This document shows, piece by piece, positions 38,573 through 50,695 of a DNA stretch of 64,000 nucleotides (the stretch's first letter is position 1; each line of letters begins with the position of its first letter). A program made the position numbers and the translations under genes. This DNA is from Lytechinus pictus (taxonomy: Eukaryota), in contig NC_087251.1 in the NCBI RefSeq assembly GCF_037042905.1, positions 21,950,001-22,014,000 of the forward strand, written 5' to 3'. The notes beneath the pieces were generated by a model. It saw only the letters and a list, made by a program, of their open reading frames with translations. It made no database searches and was not told the DNA's origin.

Positions 38573-39051
38573 GACATTAAATCCCCCCGTAGTAAGGAAG
38601 TCATTTGAAAAATCACTTGCTTACGATGTTTACACATTACTTACACTACAACATCATGTTACAAATCAAATCTTTCAAAATCAATATAATTATCGCAGCC
38701 ACTTAATCACAAGCTGCTACATAACGCTTGGGAAAATGGAGCTATATTGTTAGAAGAATGCACGAATACCGGTGTTAGTCATTTTTAGTGATACGGCGGG
38801 CAACACCCACATTATACGTCCATTGACACACTTGAAATAGCAGCCGACAAGACCGTTTGCCAGTGGGCGCTATACGTGTTGGCGTTGGCGTTGGCATAGC
38901 CATGTCTTAGACGGTTTATATATGGGCATGCTGACGTGGCTTTGTAAACGACGCCATGTTTAGGGCGTGGCTTATATAATGGAGATGTCTAATCTTATGT
39001 ACACCACCTAGGGGATCTGTTGTATACTAATAAAGAAATACATTCCACGCT

Positions 39052-39236
39052 AGTCACCATCTCCCGACTCTGATTTGTTGGCTCGAAAGGGGTGTCGGAT
39101 CAGCGACAACCAAAGTGGTGATCCCGACGTGATCTGAACACGCAACCTTCTGATCACGTCGGGGTCACCAACCACTTTGGTTGTGGCTGATCCGACACCC
39201 CTTTCGAGCCAAAAAATCGGAGTCGGGAGAGTGACT
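39052..39236. mobile_element. 185-bp fold-back MITE
   Basis: ~80-bp GC-rich arms (tctcccgactc...tggctcgaaaggggtgtcggatcagc...cccgacgtgatc) around a ~15-17-nt loop. Confidence 0.85.
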
Positions 39237-40337
39237 GCAAATTTTGTATCTAAAGTATTTCTTCTTGTTTAGAGTGATGGCAGAGTAAGAGTTTGAACCC
39301 TTTCATCATAGGTGAGAGGAGTGATACCAAGAATAATCTTGGTGACCCGCCTCTGTACTCTCTCAATTCTTTCAGACTGCTGACTAGTAATCAAACTATT
39401 TTTGTGTATCTCCCCTGCCTTCCCCATCATTTCTTTCTTTTTTATCTATCTTGATACCTCGTACAATCCTATCAGAAACCTACACTATTATAGGTCAATA
39501 ATGTGAGCTTCAATGTCACAGGTGGTTGAAATTTTAATCTCTCTCTCTGTTGAATCTGTTCCCAAAGTTTGTCTGAAAACCACAACTCTTTAAGGTTTTA
39601 TACAGTTGGGTTGATTTTTGACAGCTTCATGTCTTCTTCATGACATTCTCTCCTATCCATTGTTGTGTTTAAAGTTTCCTGTACAGTCCTTGAAATTTGT
39701 GGTTTTTACGAAGTCATGTGTTCTTGATTGAAAGTATAGATTTATTTGCATCATTGCACAAATATTCTTTTTTTTAATCAAACTTTTTTTGTAATGTTTC
39801 CTCCTTATTAGCTTGAGTATTGAATAAACATTTTTTATTTCAATTTTTATTTTGTTCTCTATTATCTGTTTACATATTTTTCAGATATTTTAATACTGTA
39901 TTCAAATAAAAAAATTATGTTTGCTTAAATGAAAAAAATAGCATTTCACTTCATTTTAGCAATTTTCTCTTTTTTCCAATGAAACTAATTTATTTCTTCT
40001 CCATTCTTAATTAAGAATCTGTAAAAATAAAAATTTTCACTCCCATCAGTGGTTTGCAGTAGCTTTCATCCTACCAAGTACATTTATAACATCTTTAATA
40101 GCCTGTCCAAAATTTGTTTATTCTTCTGAATATGGCAAGAACCTACTTGTTGTAACGTCAAGTTTTGGTGGTCCTTTTCAGGACCAACACATACCAATAA
40201 AGGAATGCATGGTGTACAGTGAATCTCCCATACTGATACCGTTTCTTCTTTGTGAATCGAACATGTTCAGTGTGCGAGCTGCTTGTGTGATGCATTTTTC
40301 AAAGAAACTAATTCTATTGTATTCTATTTATTCTATA

Positions 40338-40514
40338 CACTGTTAAAAGGCTGTTTGAAATTTTAAGCACGTTGTTTATGCCCGTCACTCTAACAACTAC
40401 TGTTTAAACTTTTTAAACAAGTTGATTAAAAAGTTTTAATAATTTAAAAAAAAGTTTAAACAACTTGTTGCTAGAGTGACAGGCTTAAACATCATGCAAT
40501 TTTTTTTTACTATG
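40338..40514. mobile_element. CACT-ended palindromic MITE (same family as 32068-32283)
   Basis: Shared ctgtttgaaattttaag.acgttgttta...gtcactctaacaacta; TA flanks. Confidence 0.75.
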
Positions 40515-40936
40515 TAGCCAAAGTGCTTTCCCTGTATCCCTACACATACCTGTTAATATCATAATGCACATGTTTTAATCATCCAAACATCATTGGATCA
40601 TTGTCTGACAAACAAGTCTCCCCATATCTATGTACTTGTTCTTGATTGGGTAATTTATTTTCTTTGTATCTCTACCTTTAAATTGCTAATTTAGAGATCA
40701 AATAGGGATGCAGATGGGGGTCATTCAACATTCATGATGGCTACTTAAAGTGACTTTTAAATGTGTAGACCTACTCTGCCATAAGGGGGCAGATAATGGG
40801 TGACTTTAAGTGAAAGTAAAACAGGTCATGTGAGACACACAAGGGTGTTGCCGAAGATGCGTTAGATCCTACACCTATAAGATACCTGTCCATATCATAC
40901 CTTGACCTGTAAACCACCTACCAAACTGCCTCTTAA

Positions 40937-41616
40937 GCCCCTTTTACACCTTCAAGGATGCAACACGGATCATCAAGGATCTCAGTCCGTGGTGATCTGG
41001 GATGCCAAATTGATATTTTTTTAGCTTTGCCGGAGTGACTACAAATTTGACTTGGTATTTACAGGGAAATGTATGGAAAAAAGGCAGTTTCTACAGGGAT
41101 AAACATGGTAGCAGTAGGGATCTGCTTGAAAAGCTACCGAGAGTCGACACTAATACACGTATGTTACTGGGTCCTTAAAGACCTCCATAGTGGTTTACAT
41201 TCTCTACTGGGATATCTAAAGAGCTATGGCCAAGATTGAAGTTTCTTTCCTTTTTTGCAACGTCTGAAGCGTACCCATACATGACCATGAACACAGACTA
41301 TTGTTCATGTACACAAACAATGGACAAATTTCGACCTCGGATAAAGCCGGTATTAACAAGGACCTCCCGGATGCATACAGTAGCTACACGGATGCAAGGA
41401 TGAGCACGGATGCAAGGATGAGCACGGATGATTGTCTGTCCGTGTACTCCGAGATGAAAAATTGAACATGTTCAATTTTTCTTCTGGATATGCCGGTACA
41501 TCAAGGATGGAGCTGGATGAGTAGCCGGTCGCCGGTAATCACGGACTGTACATGGATCATCCCGAATTGACAATCCGGGATGATCCGTGTTGCATCCGTG
41601 AAGGTGTAAAAGGGGC
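40937..41616. mobile_element. TIR MITE with TTAA flanks (Harbinger-like TIR)
   Basis: GCCCCTTTTACACCTTCAAGGATGCAACACGGATCATC mirrored at the right end with 1 mismatch; TTAA on both sides; internal ggatg repeats. Confidence 0.88.
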
Positions 41617-44441
41617 TTAAGATTTGATCTTCGCATTTGATGTATTGATTTTCATTTTCATTGGAACCGTGTAATCTTCAATGGAAATGTTGGTGGAGGG
41701 CAATTTTTTTTTGAAAGGTGGGTACTTTCAAGTCATACAAGTATAATTGTAGCTGCATGTATTGACCACTATGCATGATAACTAATCTCTGTACACTGCT
41801 ATGATCATTAGTAATATGAACAAGGCCTATGTTATGTTGCTCCGAGTTTAAAGCAAAACTAACATCTTGAAAAGACCTAAATTAATCATTGAACTTGGTT
41901 TCTAGTTCTCTAAGTCATAAGCCAGAAAGGCACAAAAGTGAGATACTCTGCAGTTTTCCCCCATGGAATAAGGTACAAAACAAACAAGAGGTGAAAATTC
42001 ACTCTAAGAAGGTTTCATTTGCAACTTTAAAAAGTGCAACTCTGTGCGTTTCTGATCTTAGTGCACCTTTTTTATAGATATAACTTTGCACCTTTCAGGC
42101 CCAGAAGGAGGAATAGGGGCTCCCAGTGTGGCATTGTGAAGATGCCAGTTTGACCTTTTATTTCTCAGACTGTAAGTGTTCATGCTTAGTGACTAGACCC
42201 CGGTTGCATAACAGTTACTCCCATCCAATCATATCTTCCATAAAATCTTTTATTTTATTGGTTGTTGAACAATGTTATGGTTTGTAATGTTTGATGGCAA
42301 AGCTATAGGTGCTGTCTTCACTCCAAGCATTGTGTCAACTGCCATGGAAATCTCACTCTGAGAAGCCAGCTATTAATTAGCCCAAGAAAAGGTCAAAATT
42401 AACAGTTAGATATAATGCCACAAGTTTAAAAATGCACTAATATTCTCCCCAAGTCTTGAGTGGAATACCAACTGATCTTACCTGTGTATCTTTGCTTTCA
42501 ATGGGGACAATCTGACACAATAATAATTCAGTTTTAAAACAATACTTATTTTTATTTAAATGGGATTGCTTCTTGACAGCCAATTTGTACCTGGTTTGTA
42601 CAAAATAGTCTAAAAATAGCTTGAATGTACTTAAAAGTCCTACTTGAAACTCTGCTAGAAATAGTGGTCAAATTTTGTGCTGTGGAGCAAATATGGTCAC
42701 TTCTTTGAACCATTCAAATCCTGAAAATAAAAAAAAGGCCTCTGATGGGCAAAGACCCTTTTTTTACATTGATATTTTTAATCTGGATCCTCTCCTTTGC
42801 TATCTTGTTTAGATGTGAATGTATTCAATGCATGTGACATGCTCTCCTTTGTTTCTCCAAGACCATCTCCATCAGAGCAGAAAATCTGTTTCAGTGCATA
42901 ACTGCAGCCTGTCCTCCCCTGTAAATGGCAAAACAAGTAACGGATATTAGAGAGTGGTGGAAAGGGATGTGTAGTCACTCGATTGTCTTCATCTTTCTTA
43001 TGCGATCTAATAACTTCTGACTTTCATGAGAAATGACATGTTTTGATCGTGCGTGTCATGTTTCCATTCAAAATATATGTGTCAATCAAAAATGGCATAT
43101 GTGATTCCATTGTGAGTGAAATCCAAATAGCTTCTGAGGCTTTTGTCTGTACATAGTGTTTCTTAATTGTTCTTCTTAGCTGTCATAGATTTGTAAAAGT
43201 TCAAGGTTATTGTCTAAGTAGCTGCGGAGAGAACTCTGAGGAAATACGGGGCATTGGCAAGATCATGTGTTCAGATGTTAATTGATAATAAAAGGAATGT
43301 AATTTAGTCCTGAGCGCTACGTCTTTGTCTGTTATGTGATCAGTTTGAAAAGCTGCCCAAACTTGTACTTACCTTATTTGTCTGCAAGCAAAGATATCAA
43401 AACACAAGGAAAAGACATTGGTATTTAGATCCTTCCCAATGATTATAATAATTATACTAATAGACCCAATGACAATGTGTGAAAACTTGTAGACCAATGC
43501 TAATTCATATTTCTGTGTGCATGGTAAAGTGTTTTTTATTTTATTCCGTTGACGCATATTTATCTATCTTAAAATATCACTCATCAAATAATCATGATTT
43601 TGAAAATATTGGTGTCCATGGTTAAGGAGAATCAGGTCAGATAATGCTCCTTTCTCTTCTATATACATGTCATATTTTGTTTCAGTAGATGTTGATTTCA
43701 ATGGTTTAAGAATTAAAAAAAAATTGAATGCAACTAGGACACAAACCATGAATTGGAGGTGACAGTTTTTTCACCTGAAAGTGACCTTGGTCTGATGTTA
43801 AAACCCAATCTACTTATCTCTCCCAGATAACTTGAAAATAGCAAAATATGCTTAATGAGTTCTAATTAAATTATCATATATCCTCCATTAACACAAATCA
43901 TCAATTGACTGATATTCATTTAATGTAAGGCTTGAAGAGCTATGGTTCTCGTGAAGTCTCCAATGAAAGGCGATAATTCTGTGGTTGCTTTTCTTGTGAT
44001 GTTGTTATGTTACATCATCATATTGGCTCATGACCGTGATCAAATTAATTACTAAAGCTTCTTGATGAATTAGAAAGCATTTACTGACCTTGGTGAGCTG
44101 ACCATTCGTTCATCCATAGAGTGCCTTGTGACATAAAGAAAGGAATGATATTTCATGTAAAAACCCAGGCGTATTGAGCATAGCCGGGGCCTTGTTCATG
44201 TACAAAAGTGTGTGATAATTTGGAAACAGGTCATTTTTGGTATAGTTATTTTTCAGTGCAGCTATTCATACCAAACATGCATTGTGTCTTGGCAGTGAAA
44301 ACGGTAATTGTAATCATTTCCATGTGGTTTCTCTGCAAGTTATTTGATAAAGTTTGTGACTCTGTGACCTGAACCACATTTTGTATGACAAGGAATTGAT
44401 GACTGCAAAATGTCATTGCCATTCATAGTCATGTCCATGCA

Positions 44442-45015
44442 ATATTATACAGATATTGCCTACCTAGAGTTTGAATATAACATTTCCTCTCCCCGACGGA
44501 GTTATATTTTTCCCAAGGGATTATATTTTGCCAGAAGCGCGCAGCGCTGAGGGAAAATATTCTCCCGAGGGAAAAATATAGCTTCGGAGGGGAGTTGAAA
44601 TGTTATTTATTAAAACGATAGACCAGGCAATATCTGTTATATTATATAGTCTATATGGATTCGCCATCAGAGATTGCCTTCATCATCTGGCCCCAACCCG
44701 AAATTCTTGCTACAGCTCTGATCCGTCTACGTCATAATAGAAAAAAATGGAAAATATATCAAGCGCGTTCTTTATGCAATCGACGCATTAACACTAGCGC
44801 GTACATTAAATAAACTATATGATTACGCCACTTGTAAGCAGCGAGTGACGTCACCTTAGTGAATATAACGCCGCAATTGAAAATACAACGCAGTTATATT
44901 CACTGAGGTGACGTCAAAACCTCGAATATACCAAATGCGATCCTCGCAGCTATGATCACGTGATGGCGTATTGACCTATCACTGATTCAAACCTACATAA
45001 GCTATGTAATATAAT
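44442..45015 (+). mobile_element. Non-autonomous hairpin element (Crypton-like architecture, unclassified)
   Basis: ~190-bp imperfect hairpin at 44449-44637 and a second 24-bp inverted repeat at 44846-44869/44893-44916. Shares end motifs with 9307-10075. Confidence 0.6.
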
Positions 45016-47925
45016 GATGTATTGCCCGACATAGATCATTGTTTATAGGTATAATTTTTAAAGAAATGACGGAAATGTCTGGTCTGAATCAATAGAGCAA
45101 TACTGAGCAGATTTCTAGCTTCATTTAGAAGTTGCAAATTTTAACATGAATTAGTGGCATGCTTAACACTGGCTACCAATAAGTATACGATCAAATAAAA
45201 AAAATCAAAATATTTCATAGAGTATCTTCTCTGTTTTTGTTTTTTAAATTATTTTTTGTACATTCAATTCAGGATGGTCTTTACAATTTGGATAAAGATT
45301 AAATGATTAGATAGGCTTAACTATTGATATTTAAATTCCTTTTCAATTAATGTGGCCATATTATATATTCATACTATAATATACAAGGGAAAACAAACAT
45401 TCTGTCTATACTGATTTCTATCAATTTAAGCCACCTTTTTAATTGTGTAAACTTTAATAACACCCTTTAATAAGCAACCCTTTGCCACAATATTTTCCAT
45501 TCATTGCATTCAAGAAATCATGATATTGCTAGAGTGTATAGTATTTAGCGCTATTTGTTTGACCCAATAAATAAAAGCCCATAATTGCCAACATGCACCC
45601 AATTAATATGGCTATAATTATGGAGAGCAATAGCTCATGGTAAAATGCTGTATGCAGTAGTGTTTCCTTGTGATGGATGTTATAAGTACTGGTATTTGAA
45701 AGTAGTTCAAGTTGTGAAGCCAGGTAGGAACACATTTTGACATTGATAGGGAAGATGAAATTATATGAAAATATGCAAACTATAATTTTGCATTTGGAGC
45801 ATATACCAACAGACAGTATTTGGATGTGTTAAATAAATTTATAAATGTTTCCATACATGCTCTTGAAAAATCTATGTATTCTTGTATTGTTTTAGCCATT
45901 AGCTTCATAAACATCATTCTTAGGCATGTGGTTGCAGTAAGAAACAGAATGAAAGGGGAACTTTCAACCATTAGATTGTTAAATTGTTTATTCACTCAAT
46001 GAAAAGTATTCCTTGCATACTGATATCCCATCCATCAGAAGACTAATTCCAAAGATTAAATGCTGTTTACATTTTTAATGAGAACTTTGAGAATAAAGAA
46101 AGCATTTTTTCTTTATTTTGGCTGGTAAAATACGATTGTAGCAAATTTCCCAATTTGTTTAAATGCATAAATTAGTACAGGCATAATTTTACTATGTGGT
46201 GTTCAAAAGTTGATTTCATTGTATAATTGCCCTGATTTTAAAAATAAAATGAAAGTTCCTGAGAAATCGCAAATAAAATGTTTAACATTCGCGCAATTAC
46301 ATCTTTATGTTCAAGGCAGATAATTTGACTCAACATTGGTGAGTTGAACAGTCAGGCTGACAGAGAAGGGAAGAGAGAGGAAAAACAAATATTGTGGAAT
46401 GAACGAGTAAGAAAGTAAGAAAAAGATTTCCGGATTGAAAATGCCCTTTGTTGAAATAAATACCTCAAACGAAATATCAAATGTGAATAATAGGATAAAT
46501 ATCAAAATACTGCCTGAGCAGTATGATGTGACTTTTTATTATTCTTATGCCATTTTCCCATTCATTCTAAAAACATATTTCATGGAATGCAGCAGCTCAA
46601 TTCAACGTTCAAAGAAACTTGTACTTTTTATGGATACAGAGAGATGGGAATTGGGTAGTTTAAATCCAACCATCAAATTCTATCATTCTATCAATATTTA
46701 AGGTAATTCCATTGACTCAACTTGTTGTACTGAATTACTTAGAGCAATGAGATCCTATACTTAGCTTCTTTCTTCTAGCTTGTGGCATTACTGTGACAAA
46801 ACTTTGCCTTTTACCTTAATATTTCTTTTTCCTGCCCCATGTTTCTTTTCTCATGCAAACGAGAAAATTTAGAATGGGTCAACATCTCTGTGAACCTGTC
46901 GTGCCAGTATTGATAAAAGCATGACTGTATCATTTAATATTGCACCGTCATAATCAGTTTAATGTTCATGCACCTATAAAGCGGCAGGCTATTGACTCTC
47001 AATTTTACAATGAAAGCATTTCTAGAGACAGAAACAGGGAAATCCAGCCTCACTTTATATACTCCATATGCAATTCCATTTTCAGCATATCGCCGGGGGT
47101 TATCCGAACTGTTGTATCGTGATATGTCATTGCTAAACCCATTTCAAAGAAAATCGACTTCAAAGTTAACTATAATTTTCTCTTTTTTTCCCAAGCCTTA
47201 CAAGATTTTTATTGCTAGAGAAATACATGGTGGGAAAGACCAATAGAAGTGCTTATCAGTAATATCATGGAGCTGTTTTTTTAATTTTTACACAGAAACA
47301 AGAATCAGAGAAAGGATTGCAAAAGAGATACATGCTTGTAATTTCGGTTTAAGCGGTTTAGATTTTCCTTGTACAAAAACACCATAGGAAATTCAGCAAT
47401 GCTGATAGCATTTTCAATTTGCGCAATCAGCAAAACATTGTATTGCTCTTTTACTCGCAAAGTTAAATACATATGCAGATGAGATGGTGTGCTGGCTGCA
47501 TATTTACATATTGAGTGTGTGCAACTGTTTTTTGATTCGCTACAGTACACATAGTTAATTGATCATGAACATAACAACAAAAATAAAAAAAGGTTGGTTA
47601 GATCATTTAAGCACTCAAAATGAAACAATACTTGCCTCAGAAATTTGATTTTTTTTTTCATGGAATTTTCAGTAAACCACAAAATGGTGAATATTGTTTG
47701 AGATACTCTTTCTAAATTTGACAATTTTTACAGATAGAAATATGTAAAAAAAAAAAAAAAATTCTGACAAATTTTGAGTTGTGCTTATGCAACTGTTCAA
47801 TGTAGAGAAAAAGTTGTAGCCTATTTTAGAAAGTACCTTTAACAAGCCTTCTGAACATGTTTCATGATAAAAATGTGGAATTTGTACCAAAAAATGGACT
47901 TAAAGTCATAATATTAGGCTTGTTA

Positions 47926-48078
47926 CAGGGGCCGCGGAATGGTTTTCAAAGTGGGGGGCTGACCATGCAAAAAATCACAATCCTATGGTCATTTTTACAT
48001 TTTTGGACACGGTTTTGGAAAAAGTGGGGAGGCTGAAGCCCCCCCAGCCCACCCCCCCCCCCCACTTCCGCGGCCCCT
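47926..48078 (+). mobile_element. hAT-type MITE
   Basis: TIR CAGGGGCCGCGGAA / TTCCGCGGCCCCT; partial TSD ttgtta. An inverted sister copy lies at 49231-49357. Confidence 0.85.
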
Positions 48079-48860
48079 TTGTTACTTTTAAAAAGTGACA
48101 GCTTTCCTTCTGGCAGTGCTCACTGAGGCATGACATAAACTATGGCCGTAACATTCTCTCAGAGGGTGGTATATAAAATTACCTACATGCTCATGTCAAA
48201 AAAATTTTTTAACTCCTTCTGATTCAGAAATTATGGATGTTAGTTTAAGGGGGGGTTACTTTTTGTTGAGTATAGATTTGTTGAATTTGAAAAAAAAGGT
48301 TGTTTGTAATGTTTTTTCTGAAAAAAAGTTATAATTGGGTGCACTTTCTTGCAGAATAAGGATCAGTATTTTTTATGTGACAGTTTTACTCATTATATTC
48401 ATGTAGAGTTATCTATGGGAGAGATAATAATCATCACATATTTTAGATTACTAAAGATGACATTTTATAAAATAAGCTCTTAATTGTTTATCATGAAAAA
48501 AAAGATGTTCTTTTTCATCATATTGACTCTTCATTAACCCATTTTCATTATTTCCCCATCTATTAGATTAAAAATTAATATTGCAGGGTTACTGTTCTGA
48601 GCTATACCCCTTTATGATCAATTGAATAAATTTTTAATAATTGTCAAAGGGAACGTTGTAAGTTACTCACCACACATAACCATATCATTTTCCCCCCAGC
48701 CTGAAACCTGACTTTGAAAAAGTGAAGTTGCCAATTTCTTTCACAGTTTGTTTAGAGACAATGCATAGTTCCCCAGAAGTGTAAAAATAAATTTCCGCTG
48801 TGAAAATCAAATGTCAAGAAGATATCCTTAATTCATACGGCAAACATTGATGGAGCATTC

Positions 48861-48986
48861 ATGTTCTTTCATGAATTCTGCTTCGCCATACTTCTCAGAC
48901 AGAAATTATAAATCGGGTATTGGTTGTTATGTTCTTTCATGAATTCTGCTTCGCCATACTTCTCAGACAGAAATTATAAATCGGGT
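48861..48986 (+). repeat. Perfect 58-bp direct duplication with a 10-bp spacer
   Basis: 48861-48918 is identical to 48929-48986. Confidence 0.95.
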
Positions 48987-49230
48987 TTAGATTCCACCTT
49001 CAGTTGTAATTTGTGATGAGATGTTTGATTAATTGAGTAAATGCATAGAATCCACTATCTTCAAACAGAGAGTATTGGTTGTTATGTAGTGTGTACTCTG
49101 TGTAAAAGATGATATCTTTAGTTTCCACACAGTCCATGAGTTACCTGCTTTATTGGAAGAAAGGCCTGTGTTATTTGTAAATTGGTTTAAATTGTCAAAT
49201 GCTGTATATTTGTTTGTTTCTCCTGTTTTA

Positions 49231-49357
49231 CAGGGGCCGCGGAACCTTTTTTTTTCCAAAACCGTGTACAAAAACTTAAAAATGACCATATGATTGTGAT
49301 TTTTAGCATGGTCAGCCCCCCCCCCCCCCCACTTTGAAAACCGTTCCGCGGCCCCTG
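49231..49357 (-). mobile_element. hAT-type MITE (inverted sister of 47926-48078)
   Basis: Perfect 15-bp TIR CAGGGGCCGCGGAAC; ctgtttta repeated on both sides; body is the reverse complement of 47926-48078. Confidence 0.85.
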
Positions 49358-49449
49358 TTTTAGGCGATTGTCTTCATGACTTTCCCATAATTTACTTTTT
49401 TTTAAATTTCATACCTTGATCCACATGCACTGATTCTCCCTCCTTTTAT

Positions 49450-49865
49450 CCGTATATATATTAATCTGTCAATATATATATATTTGTCTATTTACCTATC
49501 TATCTATCTGTCTATTTATCTATCTATCTATCTACACTATAAAAAACGAAGAGCTATGAAGAGCTAATTTAGCTCTTAAAGAGCATGTATCGTGACTGCA
49601 CTTCGGAGTACTGATTTGTCTAGTTCAAATTTGAACGAGAAAAATCAGCACTTCGAAGTGCAGTCACTATACATGCTCTTTAAGAGCTAAATTAGCTCTT
49701 CGTTTTTTAGAGTGTATCTATCTATCTATTTATATATATATATGTCTGTCTGTCTGTGTGTGTGTGTGTGTCTGTCTATCTATCTATCTATATATTTATA
49801 TGTCTATGTGTCTGTCTGTGTGTCTGTCTATCTATCTATCTTTCTATCTATCTATTTATCTATAT
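49450..49865. repeat. Compound (TATC)/(TGTC)/(TG)/(TA) microsatellite
   Basis: Directly visible; interrupted by the 49535-49714 MITE. Confidence 0.9.
49535..49714. mobile_element. CACT-ended fully palindromic MITE inserted in a (TATC)n tract
   Basis: TA|CACT.TAAAAAACGAAGAGCTA ... TAGCTCTTCGTTTTTTAGAGTG|TA; the arms meet at gttcaaatttgaac. Confidence 0.9.
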
Positions 49866-50296
49866 CATTCAACTTACAACTCTCTTTTTTCCAAAATCTA
49901 TCTTTCCCAATCATTTCTTTCCTCATTCTCAGTTTTTCTCTTCATCTCTCACCTTTTTCTTGCTATTTCTTTCTCTTTCTTTCTTTCTTTATCTCTTTAT
50001 TTTCCTTTTCTCTTGTACCATCCGCTTCTTTCTGTCCTTTCCCCTTCTCTCTCTCTTTCTCTGCTATAGATTTTCCCCTACTCCCCCTCTCCTCTCTCTT
50101 TCTCTCTCTTTCAACTCAACCTATCTTTCTATTTCATCTCAATCATATCTCATCTCCCTCCCCTTGTCATTCACACACACACCCACGCATACTGAAGTAC
50201 CTCCCTTCTGGGCTGTTCATCAGTCATTCCTCTCCATTTATCCCAACCCCCCCCCCCCCCATTTCTTCTGATGCAGGTGAACTCATATACCCTTTA

Positions 50297-50695
50297 GGGC
50301 CGTCTGCACCATCCCGAGTTTTTAAATTAGCGCGCTATATCTGATCCGGCAAATTATCCCGATCTGAACAATCTCGAGATTATTTGCAATGGAGACGCAA
50401 TTATCGCGCTAGTTCGTAGGATTAATCTCGAGATTGCAATCCCAAGTCAACTTGGGATTATTTGCAAAATAGCACGCTATTTTACGAATTATCGCGCTAA
50501 TTCGTAGGTGCAGACGCACTTGGGATTATTTATTCACGGCGTCAGACCATAATGCATCGATGCCTCGCTCGAGCAGGAATTGCTCTTCTTGGGATGGTGG
50601 AGACGGGGTTTCTTGAATCTCGAGATTAATCGCGAAGAGGGCCGATCGGGCTAAAATCTCAAGATTGGGCAAACTCGGGATGGTGCAGCACCACC
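50297..50695. mobile_element. PIF/Harbinger MITE
   Basis: TTA|GGGCCGTCTGCACCATCCCGAGTTT ... AAACTCGGGATGGTGCAGCACCACC|TTC; internal aatctcgagatt palindromes. Confidence 0.82.

Noticed and set aside
49712..50344. 210-, 171- and 103-aa ORFs
   Set aside because: Translations of microsatellite and CT-rich low-complexity DNA.
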